DNA of 64,000 nucleotides, taken from positions 2,046,001-2,110,000 of the forward strand of contig NEEC01000017.1 of NCBI GenBank assembly GCA_002189035.1. The letters run 5' to 3'. A program made the translations under genes and the position numbers. Positions 12,272 to 24,506 of this stretch are shown in pieces (positions within the stretch are counted from its first letter, which is position 1; each line of letters opens with the position of its first letter). A model generated the notes under the pieces. That model saw only the letters and a list, made by a program, of their open reading frames with translations, did no database searches and was not told where the DNA came from. The stretch comes from Utricularia gibba (taxonomy: Eukaryota; Plantae; Magnoliophyta).

Positions 12272-14096
12272 ATGTTGAATCTTTTTTTTTTTTTTTTTGA
12301 CTGTCTGGTTTTCGTAGAAAGATGGTATTTCCTTAACAAATGGATCATGATTCATACACATAAATCTTACCTAAGTTTACTGACTCAGGAGATGCTTGGG
12401 AGGAAGTATTCCCTGACTTTGGCATGTGCTGATCCCAACTTTCATGCTGTAGGCGACACATCAAGCAAATGAACTATTCTTTTCTTGATGTCTATCATAC
12501 TTCTATATTCTCCTAACTCTGTCCCCCACCAATAGAAATGCATTCTCGAGTGGAGAATAAGTTGGCTCCATTGTAGGATCTTCCAATCCAGGAAGCCCTG
12601 ACCCTTTGATATACAGCTAGGAAGTCATCCCTCATTTCGTCTTGAAATCTCTGGTAGGGTTAGTGATAGAACAACAGGGCCATTCCTTCTGGTGGCATTT
12701 CGTGCAAGATACAGGGAGGTTGTCAAAGACTGACACCAGAAACTTTTCAGTAACTCCCAAGTACTTGAAACTTTCGACAAATGAAGAAACCAAATGCCAG
12801 TTTTATATCCATTCCGGTTATCAGCTATTCTTGGTGTATCTGTTCTAATTTTCTACTTGGTTCTTCGTTTGGAAGAGTATGGACCCGCATAATCCTCTAT
12901 AGCCGCATTCAAGAAATGGAGGGTGGGCGGTCCCCGCCTCCAAATATGCACTCCTCTCGGCTTTAAGAGAAAAACCAGTAGGCCAAGTCCATGCAACTGT
13001 GTGGAATATTGCCGCCCTTGTTACCAAGGCCCCTGTGCATGTTTACCAGTTTTTTTTTTTGCTGGCACGGAAGAAAGTGCAATAAATGGACAGATGCTAA
13101 CAGAGACCAGTATTATCAACTCGGTGTCAGAGAAAAGTACTTAAAGCAGGTGATTTAAGTATTCTTAAACCACTCAATGAGGCTGGATACTTTGATCTAA
13201 AGTGAAAAGAAGAAATTCATGCATTGGTGCACAAAAATTGAATTCAATAGAAGACTTGGCAATGACTAACACCTGCGTTCAGCTTGTGTGTGATTTACAA
13301 ACCTGTTGTGATTCTACAGCTTCATTGACAGGCCCTCAAGACTTGCAAGTTGAACTATCTGGAGGATTATTGACGTGAAACTTGAAGCTTTGAATTCATA
13401 TACAACTTGAAACTTTCCTGTGATTCTGGCACGGATGTTCATCCATTATTGATGTGCAATATCTTCATCATTCAACTCCACAAATGCATGAAGCGAATGA
13501 TCCAATTTGTTTGAGGATACTGCGTCTCCTATGTTACAGATGTCAACCTCTCGACCTCAATCCTCTAAGGGGTTCAGAACGAATTCAAGCCATCAAAAAT
13601 CCCATGTTCTCTTCCGAATTCTAAGATAACAAGACAATGGTTCTTCAATGATATTCTGAAAGAGACGATTTAAAGTTAGTCTGGCGTGATGAAATTTTGA
13701 GCTCATAGACCAAGACCAATAAAATGGTGGAAGTTCATTTACCTCAACTTCTTGTGCTTCACAAGATTGATCATATCTTCATGCACCAGCAGCAATTATT
13801 GGGTTTGCTGCACAAGGCTATCCTTTGTGACTGCACAATCCAAAATCCCAGGATAAAAGTAATCATGAAGCAGTTTAAGGCATCATGCAGCAAAGATCAT
13901 AGCTGTGCCCTGCAATCATGAGGTAAGGATCAAAAACCTGAGAGCATTCTGAATCGCCTTCATACAAACCACCCTTAAAGCCTAAAACAGCTCTTGGAGG
14001 TGACTCTGCTTCAAGACATTACAAATACTAACCGAACCAGCTGAAGTTGTATCCATTCAGCATCAAATTATCTGGATATGCTATGCTACAAACAAT

Positions 14097-16367
14097 TCAA
14101 GTAATAATCTCTGCTGCTGCTCCTGTTGCCGCTTCTCCAGCATCTGAAACTATTGATCCAAGGTCTCGAGCCACAGAACTTCTGTAGTCTTTTCTTAATT
14201 TAAACAGTGCAGTATGCGTGCAGTAGTCAGGTTCAATCCCTCTATCAAGCATTTCCTTATACAATCTCAATGCTTCCAGCCAATCCCCGATGTCACATTT
14301 CCCATTGATCATTATTGTATACGTGTACTTATTCGGATGTAGCCCTTTCAGCTGCATGTCTGAAAAAAACATATAAGCTTCTTCAAGTTTTCTGACTTTA
14401 CACTGGCTATTTATCAGCGCATTATAGGTTATAACATTCGGTAGAACACCTTTCTCAAGCATCTCTGCAAAGTACCTTTTACTTACTTCACCGGCATGTG
14501 CATGAATCAAGACAGTGTATGTAACAACTGTCGGAATTAGGCCTTTGTTCACCATTTCCTGGAATAGCATTCTCGCTTCCCTCAGGTAACCCTTTTCCAA
14601 GTGAGCATGGATTAAGCTTGTATATGTAATGTTATCAGGGTAAATTCCATTCCGGGACATTTCCTTAAACTTGTTATATGCTTCTTTTAAGTTTCCCAAC
14701 TTGGACAGGCCATCCACCAACACATTGTATGTTACTATGTCAGGAGGAAATTGCGCCAGCATCTCCTCTTGCAGCGTTAGAGCCACACCTTTTCTACCAA
14801 GCTTCAGTTCACCAGCAATTAGAGTTGTATACACATAGGGGTCAGGCTCTACTTTTTCCAGCATTTCATCATAAAGGGCTTTTGCCATTGAGAGGTTTCC
14901 AGTTCTATACGAACCATTAATAAGGATAGTGTAGGTGAAAATATCAGGAGGAATTCCGTGATTGATCATCTCATCTTTCAACTGACCTGCACATTCAAGA
15001 TGCCCATACTTGCAAATTCCATCTATTATAGTGTTATATGTAAAAGCAGATGGCCCGAGATTACTTTTTGGCAAGTCGGAAAACAATAACAGAGCTTCTT
15101 TTATGTCTCCCATCAAACAATGACCATGTATTAGAGTATTGTAGGATATAATATCCATAGGCACATTCCTCTTCAACATGATTGGTATCCACTGCTTGGC
15201 AAAACCAACTTTCCCCATCTTGCAGTAGCCGTGCATGATGGCATTGTACGTAGAAACAGTTGGGGAAGCCCCTCTTAGTTCCATTTCTTCCTCAACCCCA
15301 ACAGCCTCAGCAAGCATTCCTTTCTGACAATATCCACATATCAATGGGTTATAAGTATAAGCTGAAACCTTCAATCCCTTAAGCAGCATTTCAGAAATCA
15401 AGTCCCTTGCTTCCTGAAATTGACCATTCTTCGAAAAACCATTTATCAGAACATTATAAGCTACATCATTAAGGCTGCATCCTGTCGTCTGCATCTCCAG
15501 CCAAAGGTCAAGCGCCTGGTGAAAAGCATTACCTTCTTTGCAAAAGGAGTCCAAAAGTGTGTTATACGTAACAATAGAAGGCTTAATCCCTATAGAAAGC
15601 ATCAAATCATATACTTCCCGACCTTTAAAAGCTAAATCTTCATCCCTACACATCCTAATAATTCTATTACAATTCTTAACATCAGGCATATACCCATTTC
15701 TGACCATCGTATCTAGCAATGATAAGCAATCCTTAAGCTTCTCCGATTTCTTAGTGTACACCCACAATAAAAGATTCATGACTTCACAAGAAACATCATC
15801 ACTTAAATATCCATTGACCAATACATCAACAATGGTATGCATATTCGCATCAAGGATCCTCTCCATTACCCAATAAGCAGATCTCCTAAGACCATTCTGA
15901 ACTAGTACTCCAAGAACTGTGCAAAACATGAACTCTGTTGGCGTATAGCCCTTCCGAGCCACAGCACATTTAAAAATCTTTAGCATCAATTTAGGTCTAT
16001 CCCTGAATGAATTGATCACGCTAAGGAATAAATCAGAATCAGAAACCAAATCATCAAAATAATCGGGAACGACCAAATCACAATCTCTAAATGCCCAAGG
16101 ATGCTGTACGGACGTCTTCAAGATCAAATTTTTATAAAACTCTAAAGCGCACCGAGGTTTAGAATCCCTTTTGGAAGCAATTCCACTGGTGCCCACGTTT
16201 GCTTCACTCTGCAAACCACTGCTCTCCAATTCAGCGGAGCAATGACACCGATGAACCAAAGAAGACAATAAAACAAACCGCACCTTAAAACTGACGCAAA
16301 GACAATACAATAAATTGAATTTCTTAGCCGGGATTAAGGATTTAGAAGCTACTGTACAAAGGGTCAT
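14097..16367 (-). CDS. P-class pentatricopeptide repeat protein, intronless, probably organellar (At1g22960-like)
   Basis: Long uninterrupted ORF with many 35-aa repeats (VTYNTLLDSFCKEG, AYNVLINGFSKNG, YTYNPLICGYCQKG). No E/DYW domain. First ATG at 16367. Confidence 0.95.
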   Translation of the reverse strand: MTLCTVASKSLIPAKKFNLLYCLCVSFKVRFVLLSSLVHRCHCSAELESSGLQSEANVGTSGIASKRDSKPRCALEFYKNLILKTSVQHPWAFRDCDLVVPDYFDDLVSDSDLFLSVINSFRDRPKLMLKIFKCAVARKGYTPTEFMFCTVLGVLVQNGLRRSAYWVMERILDANMHTIVDVLVNGYLSDDVSCEVMNLLLWVYTKKSEKLKDCLSLLDTMVRNGYMPDVKNCNRIIRMCRDEDLAFKGREVYDLMLSIGIKPSIVTYNTLLDSFCKEGNAFHQALDLWLEMQTTGCSLNDVAYNVLINGFSKNGQFQEARDLISEMLLKGLKVSAYTYNPLICGYCQKGMLAEAVGVEEEMELRGASPTVSTYNAIMHGYCKMGKVGFAKQWIPIMLKRNVPMDIISYNTLIHGHCLMGDIKEALLLFSDLPKSNLGPSAFTYNTIIDGICKYGHLECAGQLKDEMINHGIPPDIFTYTILINGSYRTGNLSMAKALYDEMLEKVEPDPYVYTTLIAGELKLGRKGVALTLQEEMLAQFPPDIVTYNVLVDGLSKLGNLKEAYNKFKEMSRNGIYPDNITYTSLIHAHLEKGYLREARMLFQEMVNKGLIPTVVTYTVLIHAHAGEVSKRYFAEMLEKGVLPNVITYNALINSQCKVRKLEEAYMFFSDMQLKGLHPNKYTYTIMINGKCDIGDWLEALRLYKEMLDRGIEPDYCTHTALFKLRKDYRSSVARDLGSIVSDAGEAATGAAAEIIT

Positions 16368-16843
16368 GATGGGGCGAAGCGCAATCAAATGCGAATAAGC
16401 CAGCACTTGAGCCGGACATCCAATAAGAGAAACAATGAATAAGGGGTTATGGATAGGAGCTTAACACCGCAGCAGCGAAGCTTGTGGCTCCCCAGCCCGC
16501 CAACGCGACGGCGACAACGAGCAGCAGCAGAAGAAAATTACAACGAAACCGGGTTAAAGATGACATCATTCCCACTTCGTAACCGTGGCGCCGGCGGCCG
16601 GCCTAAACCCAAATCCTCTCTTTGGTTACCCGTTTATGTTTTAATTCACAATTTCTTTTCTATGATTAAACAAAATAAAATAATATGATACAAAAATATA
16701 TCATATTTCATATAATTTTTTCATATTAAATGAATATTTAACAATGCATCGTCCCTATGGTCTTGTCCACTTTGTATAATCTCTCAAAACTATAATAAGA
16801 GCATGTTTCTAGCCATAAGCCTTCACGGGATGATCACAACATC

Positions 16844-17400
16844 ACTGGATGAAAGTTAAAGCCCAAGCCCGTGGGTCGGCCCGGCCCGGCCCTAAAAAAC
16901 ATCGGGCTAGGGCCTATACATTAATGACTCGAAAGATTGTCGGGCTTTCTGGCCCGAAGCCCTAAGCCCTTAGGGTCTATTGGGCTTCGGGCCTTAAAGC
17001 CCGACGGGTCTAGGGCCAATTTAAAAATAGAATTTTTATATATAATAATTTTAATTATTTTTAATTTTGAATAATTAAATTCATTTTATATATACTATTT
17101 TATTTTAAATATAAATAATATGAATTAATACTTTATATATTAATTTTAAATTTTTTTTATAAATTATTTAAATAATATTAAAATGTATATTAATGTTTAA
17201 TAATTTTTAAAAATTTTTATTTATTATATGGTAAGCCCGTGGGCCGAGTAGGGCCAGCCCGGCCCTATGAATAATCGGGCTAGGGCCACGTTAATCTTAT
17301 TTTTATGTGATCGGGCTTTAGCCCGGCCCTAGCCCGAAACTTGGCGAGGCCCTCTAAAATAGGGTCGGGCCAGCCCGGCCCGGCCCAACTTTCATCTCTT
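16844..17400. mobile_element. Non-autonomous hAT-like element (MITE-sized)
   Basis: Terminal inverted repeat GATGAAAGTT (16848-16857) / AACTTTCATC (17387-17396), similar to the Ac/Ds (C/T)AGGGATGAAA end. GC-rich arms carry many GGCCC/GGGCC/AGCCC repeats around an AT-rich core. No clean 8-bp TSD. Confidence 0.7.
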
Positions 17401-18226
17401 TCACATGACGTAATACGATCGATTCGGAACGAGTTTTAAAACAATATACTGTGAATAGCATGAATTAAAAAATTAACTATGCGTTAAAAAATATATGAAA
17501 AAAATAACTACTTTATATAGAAGTTTTTATAGAAAGTAGTCCCTGTCATTTTTCTAAATGAGCTTGTTGACTTGGGAAAAATATTCATTTAAGATGAGTA
17601 AAATAATATCGTAAAGCGAATTAATATTGTTAATAATGCAAAACGTAAAAAATGCTTGCTTTAATAATGGTCATTAAATAAGCGCAATCTCATGCCTTGT
17701 GTTGGCTGCTACCTTTGACTGACAGCCGCGCGTGAACAATGTGATTTGTGTCGTGTAGCCGGAATTTGGTGTGGAAACGGAGTCAGAAAGTGTGGATTGA
17801 TGAGGAAGCGAGGACGTTGATGAAGGAAGGAATTAATCACAATCGGGTTCTATATATGTGTCTGCGATCCTCATGTTTCTTGTATCCGGGTGATTCTCCG
17901 TCTGGAAAGGGGTGATCTTGGGGTCCTGTGGTCTCAAAGATGGTGTTTTCAGGATCTGGGAGCGATTTCTTGACTGACACAAGGAGGATACACGCCATGA
18001 TCGCTGCTATTATGACGGAAAGCAACCGGAGATGCTGATTTCGCCCACCTTTGCCTCTCGCTTCTCTTTGTTGCTCCAATCTTGTGCTGTCGTTTCATTG
18101 CCTACCCGGAGGCGTGTTTCGCTGCGTAAGGGGCGATGAGGTGATATTTTGTGTCGCTGATATTTATCGTCCGAGACACTCTTGATCCAGCGGAATGAGT
18201 AGAGTGAGATTAACCAGAGCCATCTG

Positions 18227-20743
18227 ATGGAGAAAGGGTAGTTTCAATTTGGGGTATAGGCGTTGTCGCCTTTTATCTTTCCGTGTGCGCAAGAGGGTTC
18301 TTTGCCACCCTGAGGATGCTTCGCTGTCCATTTTAGGTTGGCTGTGATCTATAAACCCCTTGTCTCCTTCAAACTTCTCTCGATAATTTCATTTTTTTTT
18401 TTTTTGATGTATTTGATTATATTTGCATGATCATTGTTGTGCATTGTTGTTATTTAAACTTTACTGTGTCTGTGAAAAATCGATCTGATCTGCTTCTTTC
18501 AGTAGCGCTTTTTGTTGGCTCACAAACGAGACTTTTTTTTGGTGGATAAATGAAATTCTTGAACCATTTAGTTTGTGAGGTTTTAGAATAGTTTCTCCAC
18601 CTTTTTTTAATCGCTGAGTTTGGGTGGAATCAGCTGGTTTGACCTCCCGTTTCGACCATCGCTGTTTCTTCAATTATCTCTGCCTCAAAATGTGCAGGAG
18701 CAGTAGACTTAAGTTCCTGGAGGATTCAAAGTTTCAGTTTTGGAGCTCCGGGGCCAACGAGAGATGCAGTTACTCTTCTGTTAGCTGAAAACAGGACAAG
18801 AAGGCCAGATATCCTTTCCAAATTTCGCAAGTACCGAGGAGGCTGGGACGTTGCCAACAAACACTACTGGAGTGTAAGTTTCGTAATCTGTGTTGAGTCG
18901 TCCCTGGTATATACATTGAACATCAAGCTTTTCTAGCTTCTAATGCAAATTTTTCTTGTATGATGCAACTGGACAGTCCGTTGGATCAACTGGCGCTGCA
19001 GCTTTTGTTGCTGCTGCTCTTTGGTTCATTTCTTTTCCTATGGTGGTCGTCGTGCATTATTTCTGCGTCTGCAAGGTTAAGATTAGAGGTAAAGAATCAA
19101 TATGGTGGCCAAGGGTCTGTCTTCTACTGCTAGTTGTTTTTACCTGCACTGCAGTGTAAGGATCTGACCTTTTTTGCCTTCAATACCAGCTGGATGTAAT
19201 TAGTTCTACAGCTAATTTTTAGTTCATGACAACACCAGGATTGGATCCATTTTTATTTCTCTCGGCCAGAATACATTTCATGGAGAAGCACTGAGTACTC
19301 TGAACTATGTCGTAAATCAGTCTGATTATACCGTGCATACTCTGAGAAATGTCACAGGTTTCTTGTCACTGGCGGAAACCATCAGTGTGGCCCAAATCTT
19401 CCTTCCTTCAGATGTCAATCATGATATCGATCGGTTGACTGTAGACTTGAATACCACAGCTGATATTTTGGAACGGAAGACAAATGAAAACTCAAGAAAA
19501 GTACAGAAAGCTTTCAATGCAGTGTAAGATTTTATGTCAGCACCATGCAAATTCGTGTCTGTGTTATATTGCTGATGATATGCTTTCGGTTTACAGGAAA
19601 TCCTCGCTGATCGTTGTTGCAACTGCTTTGCTTCTTGTATCTGTTCTTGGCCTTGGTATGTTCATAGTAGACTATGCAATTTTTCCTATTTATACTTCTA
19701 GTTACTGATCTGTTGATCAAAATGCCATTTATTTCAGTGGTCTCTCTTCTTGGCTATCAGAAAACCACACACATGTGAGTGCTGTGATCTATTCTTGATG
19801 CTCTGTGTGGCGTTCATCCGCGTGAGCGATTTCATCTTGACTATCTACTTGATAAGCAGATTCATAATCCTGGGATTGCTTCTGGTATCTGTTAGTCTTG
19901 TGCTCTGTGGAGTTTTCACGATACTGGAAAAGTAAGTGCTCTGCTCTCCCTCGGTTTACATATCGGAAACCACTCAGAATGACCTGCTGAAACTTGTGGG
20001 ATTGTTGCCTTCAGTGTGGTGAAGGATACATGCATGGCCATGGGAGAGTGGGTGGAGAATCCTCGAGCTGAAACTGCTCTCAGCAACATTCTTCCATGTG
20101 TAGACCAGGAAACCACAAACCAGACACTTTTCAAGAGCAAGCAGGTGATCAACGACATCGTGAACCTCATCAACGGGTTCACAGGCTCCATCGCCAACTC
20201 AAATCCGTTTCCTTGGGCCAACTCAACAAGCTTCTACAATCAGTCAGGGCCCCTGATTCCTCCGCTCTGCTATCCATACGACTCATCCCTTCGGGATCGA
20301 GCCTGTTCTCAGTCAGAGCTCTCGATGGGAAATGCTACTCTGGTAAGAGCTTCTGAATGCATGGGAATTCTGTCCTGTTAAGGAAAATGCACTCACTTTC
20401 TCTGAAACTCCAGGTGTGGCAGAATTATACCTGTACAGTCTCGGCAACCGGGCGTTGTAACAGCACCGGCAGGCTGACTCCGAGCATGTACTCCGAGCTT
20501 GTGGCTGCAGTGAATGTCAGCTACGCTCTTGAACACTACACCCCACCATTGCTGAGTCTCGAGAATTGTAACTTCGTACGTGACTCATTTACCAACATCA
20601 CCACGAGCCACTGCCCCCTGTTGGAGCGCCATCTCCGGACTCTGGACACAGGCTTAGGATTGGCTTCTGGGGGAGTGATGCTAAGCGTTGCTCTTTGGTT
20701 TCTGTATGCAAACCGCCCCCAAAGGGAGGATGTGTTTGTTTAG
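18227..20743 (+). CDS. Multi-pass membrane protein of the At1g71110/At2g12400-type family; first exon appears frameshifted and the start is uncertain
   Basis: Exons LLAENRTRRPDILSKFRKYRGGWDVANKHYWS; SVGSTGAAAFVAAALWF; DTCMAMGEWVENPRAETALSNILPCVD; GRCNSTGRLTP...LYANRPQREDVFV*. Confidence 0.85.
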
Positions 20744-21046
20744 ATAAGTATAGAGAAGCTGCATCTGCAATGGCAGCAGTCTGGATGACATAGCAGCAAC
20801 TTATGAAATTTAGCATGTCTGTTACAGCCTTCGTTTCGATTCGTGAAAATCGTTGAACTTGTAAAAACGCAATACAACGACATCGATCGCTACAACGAAT
20901 TCGGAACATCTTGTGAGTTTCCCTTGTCATAAGCAAGACCTCTCTGTTCCTATGCTTTCCCTGATGATGTATAGTAGCAGCATGGCAAAAAAACCAAAAA
21001 AAATAATCACCTAGCAACCTCCCTGCAACTCGATGCTGTTGGGTTC

Positions 21047-22249
21047 TCATCGCATCTGATGACAAACAGAACAATGAATGGGAGGAAATGTATAGAGTCA
21101 CTCTGAGAGTACAAGATTCTTCACCTGTTGCTGCTGCTGTTTTAGGATGGAGATTCCTGCTTTCACAACAGTGCAGACAGAGAGAGCAATCCCAGCAATC
21201 ATCAGCATCATTATCTAGACTTACAAGAACAATCAAAGGTCACAGTCTTTACACTAAAAACTGCCTCAAATTTCACTTCCAACACACATCTTACCACAAT
21301 AAACGAAAGGGGTAGCTCTGAGCTTGGTTGGCATTAGGATGAATGTGCCATAGAATTATCAAACCAGTGAACTAAAGAAGCACAAATGAAGCAAGGATGT
21401 AAACCAGGCTCTGCTTTTCCTTCAGTTAAAAAAATTGATGGATATGAACACTAACCATTGTGACAAATGCACGCCATAGAACTGAGCTTCTGGAAGCTGA
21501 GGCAGCATAGTCATTGTAATCTAGATGAAGGAAACTCGGATCCGATGTTACCATTGCGATGATTCGACGATTATCCATGTCTCTTCTCATGAATCTTGAG
21601 CTTCCCCTGATAAGCACCACCAAACACAGTGATGACAACAGAGAAGTAGATGTAATAGTGTGCAGAAGTAGAGGTACCTAGAGCTCATAGGAAGGTGAAA
21701 GATGGGTGCTGGTGGAGCTGTGTACCCAGGCTTGAATGGCTGCAAAAATCCATGCAACAAAGTAATGGCGTGCATACCAGTAAACCAAACTATGTTTCTG
21801 TCAAATTCGGATTGGGATTATTCTGATGCAGCTCACCCCATGACATATTTCGCAAGTTGTGTCTCCCTTCTCGCAGCACCACTTCTGTACACATTTCCTA
21901 TGAGCATACTGGAAATAAACAATACATTAGACACAGTTGGAACCAACTCCAAGCTCTGGGAATGATTACAAGGAGCGTTTTTTACAATTGTAAATTGGAC
22001 ATTCAGAAGAAAGCAGATACAGTGTCTAACCTTTAAGCTCCCAGAACAGGAGCAAGGAGACTCCATGCGGGAAGCTACATCTTCATCAAGGCATATCCTG
22101 CACTCAACGAGCTTGGAGAAATTTTCAGATGAAAAACCTGTCATAGTGGCCGCTGCCGACTGCTTCAACAAAGCTTTACTCATGGCTGCAGCCTCCAAAG
22201 TTGAGTCTTTGAGGAACTGATCAACCAGTAAAACTAAATGATCCCCCAT
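21047..22249 (-). CDS. RING-CH (MARCH-type) E3 ubiquitin ligase with DUF3675 and C-terminal TM helices; last exon uncertain
   Basis: MGDHLVLLVDQFL...VECRICLDEDVASRMESPCSCSGSLK, next exon WCSEKGDTTCEIC, then QPFKPGYTAPP and hydrophobic exons. Confidence 0.88.
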
Positions 22250-24506
22250 GTTTCACTCTAACAGGGAAGCTTTTCACGAGCTCGTGGTGATTCTGCATCA
22301 AAATCAGAACTACCTCCCAGTCAATCAATCAACATCATATGATAGTATTAAGAATTTCGTAATGACGATCTTTTCTTTCACAAAGCTAGGTACAAGAACA
22401 TGACAATATCTAATAAATTTGCTAGATTGTATGCATTAGAAAAGCAGCTACGATCGTCAAACCAAGCAATATCGAACCACCAGAATCCTCCATAAAAGTG
22501 GCGGAGATGGAAGTTTGTCAACCCCAAAATCTCTTGCACGATGAGTGCACTTCTCTCATTGTAGAATGCGTTAAATAAAAACATTGCAAGCGTAGATAGA
22601 GACTGGTGCAAGTGAGCGGCCCCCCACCCCACTACAATAAAGATAACAAAAAAGGACAAGGAAAAGAATGCCCCTACCATTTAGGTTAACTGCTACAGTG
22701 ACTCGCCTCCACTTTTGATGCACCAACTATGGCGCACTACTCGCGGTTATCAACTTCTTAGATAAATAAACTGATATTGTGAAGCATCCCCACATGCATC
22801 CAAATTTCTTAGTTTAACTCAAAGAACTGGCCTCATGCATTTGTATGAGAGCAATGGAGCAGAAGCATCGAGGATTCTTGCTCGTTTTTTGACTTCAAGA
22901 AAGATGAACAGATTCCAACCACACCCCATAATTGTATCCAAGTGAGAGAAACTTGTGTGAGGAATGAGGACCATAAAAATTTGGTTCAGTCTAGTTCTGT
23001 TCATAGGCAACGTTGCTATGGAAGAAGGCCTCCAAACTCACAGGTGCTCATTTTTATGTTCCTGAACAACAGGAAACCCCGTATTCCGTGCACTGTCTGT
23101 CCCCTGGTGACATTTTGCGCCAAGGGTGGAGCTGATTGATTCTCATGGTGCTGAGCATCCTTCATGATCACCGAGCCCTTCTCCAAGAGGAAGGATTGGG
23201 AGAGAATAGGTTGCAATGTAGGGTTTTGGTTTCAACTGGATTTTCTACATTGTCTTTATGGAATCATTATACCCCAAATTCCCCCCTTGAAAAAAGTGAT
23301 CAGGGATTAGACGCGCTAATCCACAATTATCATCTTTAATTGACCCTTGAACTCAACCAAACCCTGCTCTAAAATTCAAACCTTTCTTTAATGCAGATCC
23401 ACGCATGTGCAACGTTGACAAGCTTTCCCCTTGTGTGTGTGTGTTTGTCCTCTGGGCATGTAAGAAAGAAAACCCAAATGAGCAGAAACATACACATAGG
23501 CAAAATATGCCTAGGGTTTGAATTTTAAAGGAAGTTGACATGACAAACCCCTCAACGGCTCAAGTACGGCAGCAATGAAATCCGCGATGATGAAAAAGGC
23601 ATAGAATTTGTAGAAAAAAAAAAAGACAAGAACATGAAGTTATTACATATCATATACATTTGCAAGAAAGTAAAACCAGAAAAAAAAACATTATTTATGG
23701 CAGGTTAAATGAATACAGAAAAATAAATTGGTTGTGTAGCGTAGACAAGGACCGGACATGGGAGTAGCTCATGGTGGGCTTGTGTGGCTTGTTTTTGACC
23801 ACGACCAAGAATCACATTGCTGGTTACATTTGAAATGAAAAGGGTTTTGTCTGATTCATGAGGATCGAGATCTTGAAATCGTAGGTTCGGAATGGGATCA
23901 GGGACACCCCCACACATTACTATTGAGTAGAGCACACAAAGTTGGAGTAATGGAGGTGGAACCATTGACCTCAAACCCCCTAAGATTTGGTTTCAGTCAG
24001 AGGATCCTGATTTTTGGAAACCCCATTAAGGCTATGACTTGAATGGAGTCAAGCAGGGCACAGTATTAAGTAGAAGAGAAGACCCCTAATCAGATTCCCA
24101 TGGACTTGAAGGCTAACTGATCAGTCGAGTTAGGTCAGGGTAGGTGTCCTAACTTAGTCAATGACCCATTTATCTTTTTCACCTACACTCTGTGGCATCC
24201 ATGCATGCGTGCACAGGGAGTTGTGAATGGTGAATCATAACGTTTGAAGTTAGTAGCAATGAAAAGTGTGTTTCATCAACAGTTAAATGTGAAGCTTATT
24301 GAAAAACAGGAGGCTGAGATGGCACAAGAGCAGCTGGGAGTACCAGCGCCTAAACCAGTTGCTTCTCATGCAATGACATGTGTGGTCTCAAGGTTTGGCT
24401 ATTGCACTAGCTATGTCCTTTGAATTAGCACCTGTAGGAGATGAAATAGTAGCAAGAGGCACAATCCCGTGTTAAGATTATCATGGCTCACCCGGAACCG
24501 AAACAA

